Under the pieces are notes generated by a model. That model ran no database searches and was not told where the DNA came from. It was given only the letters and a program-made list of their open reading frames with translations. A DNA stretch of 63,675 bases, counting the filler, from Chiloscyllium plagiosum (lineage: Eukaryota), in the NCBI RefSeq assembly GCF_004010195.1. It is 4 parts of one record of this genome, joined end to end, with 100 filler letters (N's around TTAATTAATTAA, not from the genome) between each part and the next. Parts side by side here need not be neighbours in the genome. Positions count along the whole stretch, not along the records: positions 35,511 to 60,199 come from NC_057710.1; positions 60,300 to 63,675 come from NC_057710.1; 2 more parts are not named here. One strand, written 5' to 3'. Shown in pieces: positions 51,645 to 63,675 of the stretch. The position numbers and the translations under genes were made by a program. Every line of letters begins with the position of its first letter. The first letter of the stretch is position 1.

Positions 51645-51735
51645 CGACAACAGCTCCAAAACTCAACAACCCTCCACGGCCCCACTCAAACCACAAAGCT
51701 TTCCCCCAAAGGCAGCAGCAAGTGTGGGCCCCAAC
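51645..51735 (-). other. C18orf32: probable non-coding exon 1 of C18orf32 (5' boundary approximate)
   Basis: Consensus donor CG|GTGAGT at 51645/51644 directly downstream of a CCAAT/CRE cluster in CpG-richer unique DNA. Confidence 0.6.
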
Positions 51736-51951
51736 TGACGTCCGTGTCACAAGGTCAACTCCTGCTCCCTGACTGGCTGCCTATGACCCAATCTACCCCG
51801 TAACTATCGCTTATTGGTCCTTCATCAGCCGGGGGACAGGCCGGATCCTGGTTGGTTGATGTGTGAGGGCGCAGGCTATGATTGGTTGGCGGTGTGTGGA
51901 TAGCGTCATAGGTCCTCGACGTCACAGAGACCGCGACATCAAGTGACCAAT
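51736..51951. promoter_or_regulatory. TATA-less CCAAT/CRE promoter
   Basis: CCAAT/ATTGG at 51788, 51813, 51881 and 51947; TGACGTC at 51736; GACGTCA at 51918. Confidence 0.65.
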
Positions 51952-52184
51952 CATAAGTCTGTCAACAGGGAGGTGGTGAAGAGTGTAAATGATGGAAGTG
52001 AGGGTAGAATGGTGGAGTTGGGGGAAAGTGTCGGGAATGATGTAGCTTGGAGGTGAGAGTGAGGAGGAGGAGAAGAAGGAGAACGATGAACCTCGAAAGA
52101 GAGAGAGAAGTAGAATGATGAAGGTGGAGGAGAGAGTAGCTGAAGGGGTGGTAAAGAGAATTGATGAAGCCGGCGGTTGAGAGT

Positions 52185-52594
52185 GGAGACAATTATGGTG
52201 CTTTAGAAGTAAAACCAGATTGTTCAAGTAGACCGTTAACCCAGACATAATGCTGAGAAGTACTGTAATCTTATATTCCATTTCTTTCACAAAGACTTAA
52301 AATGGTTTACCAATAAATTGTAGGGGTAAAAACAATGACTGCAGATGCTGGAAACCAGATTCTGGATCAGTGGTGCTGGAAGAGCACAGCAATTCAGGCA
52401 GCATCCGAGGACAGGTGACCATTGATCATAATGATCTGGAGACAATTATGGTGCTTTAGAAGTAAAACCAGATTGTTCAAGTAGACCGTTAACCCAGACA
52501 TAATGCTGAGAAGTACTGTAATCTTATATTCCATTTCTTTCACAAGACTTAAAACGGTTTACCAATAAATTGTGACCATTGATCATAATGATCT
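52185..52594. repeat. ~157-bp tandem duplication; first copy interrupted by a family-A Penelope tail (52322-52414, minus)
   Basis: ggagacaattatgg...aaattgtgaccattgatcataatgatct present twice. Confidence 0.85.
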
Positions 52595-52693
52595 AACCAG
52601 GGAATCAAATAAACTAAAAATAGAACTTAACGTAAGTGTGAAGTTCTGTGTCATGTACTTTGTAATTCACAAATGATAGGGCACTCCGTGATC

Positions 52694-54700
52694 CATAAGA
52701 CATAGGAGCAAAAAATTAGGCCTTTCAGCCCATTGAGTCTGCTCTGCCATTCAATCATGGTTGATCGGTTGCTCAACTCTATTCTCCCACTTTCTCCCCA
52801 TAACTCTTGATCGTTTGACAATCAAGAACTTCTCTATCTCTGTCTTAAATATACTCAATGACCTGGCCTCCACAGCCTTTTGTGGCAATGAATTCTATGG
52901 CTGAAGACGTTTCTCCTTATTTCTGTAATAAAAGCTCTTCCCTTTACTCTAAGGCTGTGCCCTTGGGTCCTTGTATCTCCTAACAATGGAAGCATCATCC
53001 CAACATCCACTCTGTCCAGGCCATTTATTATTCTGTAAGTTCCTACTGATTCCCTTCTAAACTCCATTGAGTATAGACCCAGAGTCCTCAAATATTCCTC
53101 ATATGTTAAGCTGTTCATGCTTGGGACCATTCTCACAAACATCCTCTGAACGCTCTCCAGGGTCAGTACACCCTTCTTGAGATTTGGGGCCCAAAACTGC
53201 ACACAATACTCAAAATGTGGTCTGACCAGAGCCTTATGGAGCCTCAGAAGTACATACAAGTCTCTCAAAATAAATGCCATTGTTGCATTTACCTTCCTAA
53301 AGGTTGACTCCACCAGCAAATGTACCTTGAGAGAATCCTAGATTAGAACTGTCAAGTCTCTTTGCACTTCAGATTTCTGAATTTTCTCTCTATTTAGAAA
53401 ATGCCTCTTCTTCTTGCTGAGGTGCATGACTTCACACTTTCCTACATTGTATTCCATCTGCCACTTCTTTGCACACTCTCCTAACTTGTCTTAATCCTTT
53501 TGCAGCCACCCCCTCCCCAATGCTACCTGTCCCTCTATCTACCTTTGTATCGTCTGCAGACTTAGCCAGAATTCCCTCAGTTCCTTCACCTAGATCATTA
53601 ATGTATAAAGTGAAAATCTGTGATCCTAACACTGAGCCTTGCACAGCACCACTTGTCACTGGCTGCCATCCTGAGAAATACCCTTTTATCCCCACTCTCT
53701 GATTTCTGCCTGACATCCAAGCTTCTATCCATGCTAGCACCTTGCCTCTAACTCAATGGGCCCTTAGTTTACTCAGTAGCCTCCTGTGTGGCACCTTGTC
53801 AAAGGCTTTCTAAAGTCCAGATAGATAACATCCATTGGCTCCCCTTGGTCTAACCTGCTCGTTACTTAAAGAATTCTAGAAGATTTGTCAGGCATCACCT
53901 CTCCTTGATGAAACCATGCTGACTTTGCCCTATTTTATCATATACTCCCACGTATTCAGTAATCTCATCCTTCACAATGGATTCCAGGATCTTACCCATG
54001 ACTGAGGTTAGGTTAATCAGTTTGTAATTTTCCATTCTTTGCCTTACACCTTTTTAAACAGGGGTGTGACATTAGTGATTTACCAGTCCTCTGGGACCCT
54101 TCCTGACTCAATCAATTACTGAAAGATTACCACTAATGCCTCCATTATCTTTTCAGTTATCTCCCTTTGAACTTTGGGGTGTTGTCCATCTGGTCCAGGA
54201 GGTTTATCCACCTTCAAGCCACTCAGTTTTTCAAGCAATTTCTTCTTGGTGATGGCCACCATACTCAGCTCTGCCCCCTCACTTTCTTGGATTTTTGGGA
54301 TATTACTCGTGTCTTCCACCGTGAAGACTGATGTGAAGTAATTATTCAGTTTCTCAGCCATTTCCTTAATTCCCACTATCTCTCCAGTGTCAGTTTCCAG
54401 CTATCTAATGTCAACTTGTGCCCCTCTTTTTCCCTTTATATATCGAAAGAAACTCTTACAGTCTTCCTTTATATTACTGGCTAGCTTACCCTCATACTTA
54501 ATCTTCTCCCTTCTTATTTCTTTTTTTGTTGCCTTCTGTTGGTCTTTGTAAGCATCCCAGTCTTCTGGTTTTCCACTGTCCTTTGCAACATAATATGCTT
54601 TCTCTTTTGCTTTTATGCTATCCGTGACTTCCTTAGTCAGCCATCCTCCCTGTACCACGCTTCTTTTTCCTTGGGTTGAATTTTTACTGTGTCTCCCGAA
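52694..54700 (-). mobile_element. CR1 LINE ORF2 3' part
   Basis: ORFs 52855-53319, 53432-53740, 54116-54376, 54401-54658. Confidence 0.9.
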
Positions 54701-54906
54701 TTACTTCAGTGAGGCTTTGTGGATGGAGCTAAGAAATAAGAAGGGGACGGTGATGTTATTGGGATTGTACTATAGCCCCCCAGAAAATCAATTGGAATTA
54801 GAGGAACAAATATGTAGACTGGGGAAACTTGCAGGAGCAATAAGGTTGTCAAAGTAAGGCATTTAATTTTCCTCACATAGACTGGGACTGCCAGAGTGTT
54901 AAGGGC

Positions 54907-55230
54907 TTAGATTAGATTAGATTACTTACGGTGTGGAAACAGGCCCTTCGGCCCAACAAGTCCACACCGACCCGCCGAAGCGCAACCCACCCATACCCCT
55001 ACATTTACCCCTTTAACCTAACACTATGGGCAATTTAGCATGGCCAATTCACCTGACCCGCACATCTTTTGGACTGTGGGAGGAAACCGGAGCACCCGGA
55101 GGAAACCCACGCAGACACGGGGAGAATGTGCAAACTCCACACAGTCAGTCGCCTGAGTCGGGGGAATTGAACCCGGGTCTCTGGCGCTGTGAGGCAGCAG
55201 TGCTAACCACTGTGCCACCGTGCCGCCCAC
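54907..55230 (-). mobile_element. young full-length HE1-like V-SINE
   Basis: gggcggcacggtggcacagtggttagc (A box), gggttcaattccc (B box), V domain ctgtgtggagtttgcacattctcccc, (ctaat)n tail, TSD aagggc; CpGs intact. Confidence 0.9.
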
Positions 55231-55449
55231 CAAGGGCCGACCATCTTACCCTAAACCTATGCCCTCTAGTTCTGGACTCCCCGAACCCAAGGAAAAGACT
55301 TTGTCAATTTACTCTATCCATGCCCCTCATAATTTTAGATGGAGTGGAATTTGTTAAGTGCATTCAGGAAAGTTTCCTCAAGCAGTATATACGGATCCAC
55401 TTCAGGAAGGGGCAAAACTCGACATGCTCTTAGGAAATAGATGGAGGTA

Positions 55450-58400
55450 ACATAGAGTCATAGAGATGGAGGTAACATAGAGTCATAGAGATGTACAGCA
55501 TGGAAACAGACCCTTTGGTCCATGCCGACCAGATATTCCAACCCAATCTAGTCCCACCTGCCAGTACTAGACCCATATCCCACCAAATCCTTCCTATTCA
55601 TATACCCATCCAAATGCCTCTTAAATATTGCAATTGTACCAGCCTCCACCACTTCCTCTGGCAGCTCATTCCATACACGTACCATCCTCTGTGTGAAAAT
55701 GTTGCCCCTTAGGTCTCTTTTATATCTTTCCCATCTCACCCTAAACCTATGCCCTCTAGTTCTGGACTCCCCGAACCCAGGGAAAAGACTTTGTCAATTT
55801 ACTCTATCCATGCCCCTCATAATTTTGTAAACCTCTGTAAGGTCACTCCTCAGCCTCCAACACTCCAGGGAAAACAGCCCCAGCCTGTTCANNNNNNNNN
55901 NNNNNNNNNNNNNNNNNNNNNNNNNNNNNNNNNNNNNNNNNNNNNNNNNNNNNNNNNNNNNNNNNNNNNNNNNNNNNNNNNNNNNNNNNNNNNNNNNNNN
56001 NNNNNNNNNNNNNNNNNNNNNNNNNNNNNNNNNNNNNNNNNNNNNNNNNNNNNNNNNNNNNNNNNNNNNNNNNNNNNNNNNNNNNNNNNNNNNNNNNNNN
56101 NNNNNNNNNNNNNNNNNNNNNNNNNNNNNNNNNNNNNNNNNNNNNNNNNNNNNNNNNNNNNNNNNNNNNNNNNNNNNNNNNNNNNNNNNNNNNNNNNNNN
56201 NNNNNNNNNNNNNNNNNNNNNNNNNNNNNNNNNNNNNNNNNNNNNNNNNNNNNNNNNNNNNNNNNNNNNNNNNNNNNNNNNNNNNNNNNNNNNNNNNNNN
56301 NNNNNNNNNNNNNNNNNNNNNNNNNNNNNNNNNNNNNNNNNNNNNNNNNNNNNNNNNNNNNNNNNNNNNNNNNNNNNNNNNNNNNNNNNNNNNNNNNNNN
56401 NNNNNNNNNNNNNNNNNNNNNNNNNNNNNNNNNNNNNNNNNNNNNNNNNNNNNNNNNNNNNNNNNNNNNNNNNNNNNNNNNNNNNNNNNNNNNNNNNNNN
56501 NNNNNNNNNNNNNNNNNNNNNNNNNNNNNNNNNNNNNNNNNNNNNNNNNNNNNNNNNNNNNNNNNNNNNNNNNNNNNNNNNNNNNNNNNNNNNNNNNNNN
56601 NNNNNNNNNNNNNNNNNNNNNNNNNNNNNNNNNNNNNNNNNNNNNNNNNNNNNNNNNNNNNNNNNNNNNNNNNNNNNNNNNNNNNNNNNNNNNNNNNNNN
56701 NNNNNNNNNNNNNNNNNNNNNNNNNNNNNNNNNNNNNNNNNNNNNNNNNNNNNNNNNNNNNNNNNNNNNNNNNNNNNNNNTGTCATCTGCAAACTTACTA
56801 ACTGTACCTCTTATGCTTGCATCCAAATCATTTATGAAAATGACAAAAGGTAGAAGACCCAGCACCGATCCTTGTGGCACTCCGCTGGTCACAGGCCTCC
56901 AGTCTGAAAAACAACCCTCCACCACCACCCTCTGTCTTCTACCTTTGAGCCAGTTCTGTATCCAAATGGCTAGTTCTCACTGTATTCTGTGAGATCTAAC
57001 CTTGCTAATCAATCTCCCATGGGGATCCTTGTCGAACGCTTTACTGAAATTCATATAGATCACATCTACTGCTCTGCCTTCACCAATCCTCTTTGTTACT
57101 TCCTCAAAAGCTCAATCAAGTTTGTGAGACATGATTTCCCTAATCAATCCTTGCCTTTCCAAATACATGTACATCCTGTCCCTCAGGATTCCCTCCAACA
57201 ACTTGCCCACCACTGACGTCAGGCTCACTAGTCCATAGTTCCCTGGCTTGTCCTTACCGCCCTTCTTAAACAGTGGCACCCCGTTAGCCAACTTCCAGTC
57301 TTCCAGCACCTCACCTGTGACTATCAATGATACAAATATCTCAGCAAGAGGCCCAGCAATCTCTTCTCTAGCTTTCCACAGAGTTCTAGGGTACACCTGA
57401 TCAGGTCCTGGGGATTTATCACGTTTATTCATTTCAAGACATCCAACACTTCTTCCTCTGTAATTTGGACATTTTGCAAGGTGTCAGCATCTATTTCCCT
57501 ACAGTCTATATCTTCCATATCCTTTTCCACAGTAAATACTGATGCAAAATACTGGGGATTTATCACGTTTATTCATTTCAAGACATCCAACACTTCCTCC
57601 TCTGTAATTTGGACATTTTGCAAGGTGTCAGCATCTATTTCCCTACAGCCCAAACCTTCCATATCCTTTTCCACAGTAAACCCCCATTTTCTGTGGCTCC
57701 ACACAAAGACCACCTTGCTGATCTTTGAGGGGCCCTATTCTCTCCTTAGTTACCCTCTTGTACTTAACGTATTTGTAAAAACCCTTTTGATTCTACTTAA
57801 TTCCATTTGCCAAAGCTATCTCATGTCCCCTTTTTTCCCTCCTGATTTCCCTCTTAAGTATACTCCTACTGTCTTTATACTCTTCTAAGGATTCACTCGA
57901 TCTATCCTGTCTATACCTGACATATGCTTCTTTCTTTTTTTTAACCAAACCCTCAATTTCTTTAATCATCCAGCATTCCCTATACCTACCAGCCTTTCCT
58001 TTCACCCTAACAGGAATATACTTTCTCTGGATTCTTGTTATCTCATTTCTGAAGACTTCCCATTTTCCAGCCGTCCCTTTACCTGCGAACATCTGCCCCC
58101 ATTCAGCTTTTGAAAGTTCTTGCCTAACACCTTTCTCCAAATTAGAACTTCAACTTTTAGATCTGGTCTATCCTTTTCCATCACTATTTAAAATCTAATA
58201 GAATTACGGTCGCTGGCCCCAAAGTGCTCTCCCACTGACACCTCAGTCACCTGCCCTGCCTTATTTCCCAAGAGTAGGTCAAGTTTTGCACCTTCTCTAG
58301 TAGGTTCATCACATATTGAATCAGAAAATTGTCTTGTACACACTTAACAAATTTCTCTCCATCTAAACCCTTAACACTATGGCAGTCCCAGTCTATGTTT

Positions 58401-58690
58401 GGAAAGTTAAAATTCCCTATCGTAACCACCCTATTATTCTTACAGGTAGCTGAGATCTCCTTACAAATTTGTTTCTCAATTTCCCTCTGACTATTAGGAG
58501 GTCTATAATACAATCCCAATAAGGTGATCATCCCTTTCTTATTTCTCATTTCCACCCAAATAACTTCCCTGGTTGTATTTCTGGAAATATCCTCCCTCAG
58601 CACAGATGTTATGCTATCTCTTATCAAAAACACCGCTCCCCCTCCTGTCTTGCCTCCCTTTCTATCCTTCCTGTAGCATTTGTATCCTAA
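55450..58690 (-). mobile_element. long CR1 ORF2 (APE to 3' UTR), with gap 55892-56780 and an internal 144-bp tandem duplication at 57408-57680
   Basis: APE ORF 58247-58723 (GLYYRPPNS..GNFN), RT motifs GVPQGSVLG / FADD, 3' UTR. Confidence 0.9.
55892..56780. other. assembly gap
   Basis: N run. Confidence 1.
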
Positions 58691-59703
58691 ACAGTGGGGG
58701 AGCACTTTGAGACCAGTGACCATAATTCTATTAATATTAAATTAGTTATGGAGAGGTTCAAAACTGGTCCACAGGTTCAAGTTCTAAATTTGGGCAAGGT
58801 GAATTTTGATGGAATTAGACCGGAACGTGTAGGGGTAGTTTGCTTGCAGGGACCTCTGGCAAGTGGGAGGCCCTTAAAAGTGAGAGAGATAAAGTTTAAG
58901 GTTTATGTGTTCCTATGAGTAGGGTGGGCAAGGTTGGCAGGAATAGGAAATCCTTGGTAACAAGAGATATTTGGCAAGAAAAAAGGAAGAGGCATGGCTC
59001 AGGTACAGGCAGCTGGGATCAAGGGAATCCCTGCAGATATACAGGGAATACAAGAGTTTACTGAAGAAGGAAATCAGGAGGGCAAAAAGGGTGCACAAGA
59101 TAGTCTTGGCTGAGAAGGTTAGCATGAATCCAAAGAGGTATATAAGTATATCAAAGGTAAAAGAATAACTAGAAAGAGAATAGAGCCCCTCAAGCACCAA
59201 ATTAGACACGTATGTGTAGAACTGCAGTAAATGGGCAAGGTCGTCAATGAATATTTCTCCTCTCTGTTTACCATGGAGAAAGAAATGAAGATTTGGGAAC
59301 TTGGGGAAGTTAGTGGTGATATCTTGCGGACAGTCCATATCACAGTAGAGGAGGTGATGATGTATTAGAATGTATAAAGGTGGATAAATCTCCTGGTCCT
59401 GACCAGATATATCCAGAACACTGCAAGAGGCTAGAGAAGAAATTGTGGGGCCCTGGCTGATATTTTTAAATCATCGTTAGCCACAGGTGAGGTCCCAGAG
59501 GTCTGGAGAGTAGCCAATGTTGTGCCATTATTCAAAAAGGGCCGCAAAGAAAATCCTGGGAACTATAGACCAGAACGTAACCTCTGTGGTGGGTATGTTA
59601 CTTGAGAGGATTTTGAGACAGGAGATATACATGCATTTGGAAAGACAAGGTTTGATTAGGAGTAGTCAACATGGAGATCAAATTTGTTAGAGTTTTTTGA
59701 TGG
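58691..59703 (+). mobile_element. degenerate CR1 ORF2 middle part
   Basis: GEHFETSDHNSI; LKKEIRRAKR; KSPGPD segments. Confidence 0.85.
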
Positions 59704-60199
59704 GATTCAAGATGGCGGCGACCCAGTAAGACTGAGTCTATAGTGCTCCTCCCAAGACTTGGGCACAGTGGGTCACCTACCCCCTACCAAGCTCACCAAA
59801 TCATTTATAAATTATTTATAATAGTTTAGTAACTCAATTAGTTGTGTAACATTACATTTAAGCAACTTTATCCTAAGTAAAAATGACTAAAGGGAAGGGA
59901 GCCCGCAGCTCTCAGCAAGCAGCAACCCCTCCCCCACACTCTCCAGCTGCAGCAGAGGCGTCCACAGCCGCCCCGGGGGACTTACCTACAGTAGCAAGCC
60001 TTACAGAAATGCTTTCCAAGCTTGACTCGAAGATCGATGCCTTTATCGTCGAATCCAGAAATCGTTGGGAGTCGCTCTCGGCCGCGCTGAAGAAGCACGA
60101 CCGTGAAATTGAAGAAATTCAACGCCGAGTCGGAGGGGCGGAGCTAAAGGCCGCGACCTCGGAGACAACCGCTCAATCGGCCGTGGATCAGGCCCGGAC
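59704..60199 (+). mobile_element. young L1-type LINE 5' UTR and ORF1 start
   Basis: Starts ggattcaagatggcggcg (YY1-like); ORF from 59883 MTKGKGARSS..coiled-coil LSKLDSKID..EIEEIQRRV; CpG-rich; cut by spacer. Confidence 0.75.
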
Positions 60200-60299
60200 N
60201 NNNNNNNNNNNNNNNNNNNNNNNNNNNNNNNNNNNNNNNNNNNTTAATTAATTAANNNNNNNNNNNNNNNNNNNNNNNNNNNNNNNNNNNNNNNNNNNN
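60200..60299. other. artificial 100-bp contig spacer
   Basis: N44-TTAATTAATTAA-N44. Confidence 0.9.
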
Positions 60300-61585
60300 A
60301 CATGGCTTTGTGCGTGGGAAATCATGTCTCACAAACTTGATTGAGTTTTTTGAAGAAGTAACAAAGAGGATTGATGAGGGAAGTGCAGTAGATGTGATCT
60401 ATATGGTCTTCAGTAAGGCGTTCGACAAGGTTCCCCATGGGGGACTGATTAGCAAGGTTCGATCTCATAGAATACAGGGGGAACTAGCCATTTTGATACA
60501 GAACTGGTTCAAAGGTAGAAGACGGAGGGTGGTGGTGGAGGGTTGTTTTTGAGACTGAAGGCCTGTGACCAGTGGAGTACCACAAGGATCAGTGCTGGGT
60601 CCACTACCTTTTGTCATTTGCATAAATGATTTGGATGTGAGCATAAGAGGTACAGTTAGTAAGTTTGCAGATGACACCAAAATTGGAGATGTAGTGGACA
60701 GCGAAGAGGGTTACGTCAGATAACAACAGGATCTTGACCAGATGGGCCAATGGGCTGAGAAGTGGCAGATGGAGTTTAATTAAGATAAATGCGAGGTGCT
60801 GCATTTTGGGAAAGCAAATCTTAGCAGGACTTACACAATAATGATAAGGTCCTAGGGAGTGTTGCTGAACAAAGAGACCTTGGAGTGCAGGTTCATAACT
60901 CCTTGAAAGTGGAGTCGCAGGTAGATAGGATAGTGAAGAAGGCGTTTGGTATGCTTTCATTTATTGGTCAGACTGTTGAGTGCAGGAGTTGGGAGGTCAT
61001 GTTGCGGCTGTGCAAGACATTGGATAGGCCACTGTTGGAATATTGGGTGCAATTCTGGTCTCCTTCTTAATGAAAGATGTTGTGAAACTTGAAAGGGTTC
61101 AGAAAAGATTTACAAGAATGTTGCCAGGGTTGGAAGATTTGAGCGATAGGGAGAAGCTGAACAGGTTGGGGCTGTTTTTCCTGAAGCGTCGGAAGCTGAG
61201 GGGTGACCTTATAGAGGTTTACAAAATTATGAGGGTCATGGATAGGGTAAATATGCGAAGTCTTATTGCTGGGGTCAGGGAGTCCAGAACTAGAGGGCAT
61301 AGGTTGGGGGTGAGACGGAAAAGACATAAAAGAGACCTGAGGGGTAACATTTTCATGGAGAGCGTGGTACGTGTATGGGGTCAGCTGCCAGATGATGTGG
61401 TGGTTGTTGGTACAATTGCAACATTTAAGAGGCATTTGGATGGGTTATGAATAGGAAGGGTTTGGAGGGATATGGGCCGTGTGCTGGTAGGTGGGACGAG
61501 ATTGGGTTGGGATATCTGGTCGGCCTGGTCAGGTTGGACCGAAGGGTCTGTTTCCATGCTGTACATCTCAATGACTCTATGACTC
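60300..61585 (+). mobile_element. CR1 LINE RT and 3' end
   Basis: SCLTNLIEFFEEV..FSKAFDKVPH; ORF 61043-61450; tail gactctatgactct. Confidence 0.92.
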
Positions 61586-61599
61586 TCTCCCATGTTCCT

Positions 61600-63525
61600 C
61601 ACTATGTATTAAAGCTTTAAGGAGCAGAAATAGCTGACATTCGTCCTTAATTTGGTCAAACAACTGATATAGAAGGTTCTTCTGAATGAGAAAAGCTACT
61701 CCTCGACATTTTGAATTAAAGGATGAAAATAACACCCAACCAAACACTCTCTTCTATAACTTTAAATGTTCCTTATCGGTTAGATGTTTTTTTTCTGGCA
61801 CCAAGGCTACATCGACCCTTTCCTTTCTAAGGCCTGAAAGCATCAATTGGTGAATGACTCCAATTTAATGTTCCAGGTGCACCATTTAAATGAACAGTTA
61901 GCCATAGCCATCCGAAACAGTCCATGACCCCCCTGTGAGGAAGGACGCCTTTTATTGCACACCGAGCGAATGTGGTAAACAGTTCGTATAAACTTGAAAA
62001 TACAACAGCAAGAACTAGCAACTCAAAACTCCTAACAACTCCTTGTCCAATGAATCAGGAGATGAAGAGGCGATTTTACCCCCTTCCCCACAGGGTGAGC
62101 TCATGCTACTCACTAATCCCCCTTGGCTCCTACTAGCTGAAGCTGCTCCCCAAACCCAGACAAAAAATGTTTAAAAATTAACATGTGTCTTACAACAAGA
62201 AAATTAAAAGTGGGCTCTCAACCCTATCTATATTCAAGGTAGTCCTGGTGAAAAAGAATGCAACCCTTCCCCACCTCCGCCCCCACCCCCCCCCCCCCAC
62301 CCCCCGCCGCGAACACTACCCCCATTCCGTACAAAGAGAGAGAAAAGAAAAGGAAAATTTAGAAAAATCAAAGGTTAATGGGAAGGTAGGAAGTAAGGAC
62401 AAAAGAGAGAAAGAGAAATGAATGAGACCCCCACATATTAACAAAACAAAACCAGGTAAAGGAGGCAAACGACAGAAGAAACAAAGAGAACATGATTGTC
62501 CATATTATTTGAGCCAGCCAATCTATCTTAAGGTGTCCTGGAAGTCCTTTGCATTTTCTTGTGAGTGAAAATTAAACACAGACCCTCCGTGGTTGAACCG
62601 TAATATTGTAGGATATCTTACAGTATAGTGAATATTCAATTCCCTCAGCCTCCTTTTTACCCTACCAAATGCCTGCCTCTTGTGGATCATGGTAATAGAA
62701 AGGTCCTGGAAAAACATAATTCGTGATCCTTTGGATATAAGAGCCTGTGGATCCTTCCCCAGTGCTGGAGACCCATTTGTTTCTCTCCATAGTGCTGGAG
62801 TTGCACAAGGACTGGGCGGGAGTGCTGATCTGACTCGGGCTTGTGCACTGCGTCCTGCCTGCTCGACCTGCACCCACCTGCCTCGAATTCCAGCTTCAAA
62901 AACTACCGGAGCCATTGCTCCAAAAACTGACGGGCTGGCCTTCTTCTTCCCGTCCCGCCAGCCCGACCAGGCAGATATTCTTATGATGGCCTAGATTTTC
63001 GAAGTGCACCTGCTCCTCCACGCCCAGTTCTCGCCATCCCAAGGTCTGGACCCAACCTGCTGAGGATTCCACTGCAGTTTCAGAGGACACAGTCCGCTGC
63101 TCCACTTCCATGATATGTGCCTGAGACGGTGGATCTCCTAGTCATACTTCTGCAGCATGGCCGAGATCGGTTGCAGCCTGGTCTGGGTCTCCTCCATCTC
63201 TGAATCAATCTTCTCTCGGAGTTTTACATACTCCATGACCAAGCTCTGCTCTAATGTTAAGTCCCCTGTCAGGTTTGCAGAGGCCGACACCACAGCCACG
63301 GGTGTATCCGTTGCTGCAGGGCAGTGCCTGCTAGTTGCGATCCACGTGGTCCTTTACCCTTAGTCATTTTCCTTACTCACTTCAACTGACATACAGCAAT
63401 ACAGCGAATCAGTATCTTTACCACAATGGGTAAGAAAGAGAAGGTGAATGCACCACTTTTTCTGGGTTCTGGTGTAAAGATGAGCAGGGCAAACCTACTG
63501 GGTCGCTAATATCTTGGATCTCCCC
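61600..63525 (-). mobile_element. old L1-type LINE 5' part (5' UTR, ORF1, start of ORF2)
   Basis: 5' end ccaagatattagcgacccagtagg; ORF1 ATG at 63367 (MTKGKGPRGSQ); RIMFFQDLS..KRQAF..YPTILRF; ORF2-like start MANCSFKWCTWNI near 61900. Confidence 0.75.
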
Positions 63526-63675
63526 CGAAAAGAAATAATTTTTAATGACTTTATTTTAAATAGTTTGAAGCTGTTTCTTATAGACAGAGACAATGGAAAA
63601 CCAGTAGGTGTGATATAGTTAGATATTCAGGTTTAAGAGCTCAGACAGTGAGTAGTAAATAATATTAAACCAAAG

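Noticed and set aside
51922..52290. 122-aa Ser/Leu-rich ORF
   Set aside because: Antisense translation of a low-complexity purine tract upstream of the promoter.
55150..55230. tRNA gene
   Set aside because: tRNA-derived SINE head continuing into the V domain and LINE tail.

Overview
Vertebrate genomic DNA, most likely an elasmobranch (inferred from HE1/V-type SINEs, CR1/HER1-like LINEs and Penelope-like elements). The window is mostly intronic and repeat-rich, and it contains five assembly gaps; three are 100-bp spacers with a central TTAATTAATTAA. Two host genes lie on the minus strand. The first is two late coding exons of dymeclin (DYM; 23464-23646 and 18795-18908). The second is a complete C18orf32/UPF0729 ortholog (non-coding exon 1 near 51.65 kb, coding exons 46302-46475 and 42869-42973, 92 aa). 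It sits upstream of those late DYM exons with no convincing earlier DYM exon in between, so it appears nested in a DYM intron. The rest is CR1-, L2-like and L1 LINE fragments, SINEs, a Tigger-like MITE, a CpG-rich retroviral-type LTR and a Neptune-like Penelope RT. The most striking structure is a set of at least four families of ~200-bp fold-back Penelope-derived elements. They have 11-16 bp target-site duplications, and their arms carry minimal type-I hammerhead ribozyme motifs (CUGANGA-N-stem II-GAAA-[CG or GC]-UH, where helix III is a self-complementary ACGU or AGCU). Exon and hammerhead coordinates were counted by hand. Repeat boundaries are approximate, and family names come from recall, not database searches.
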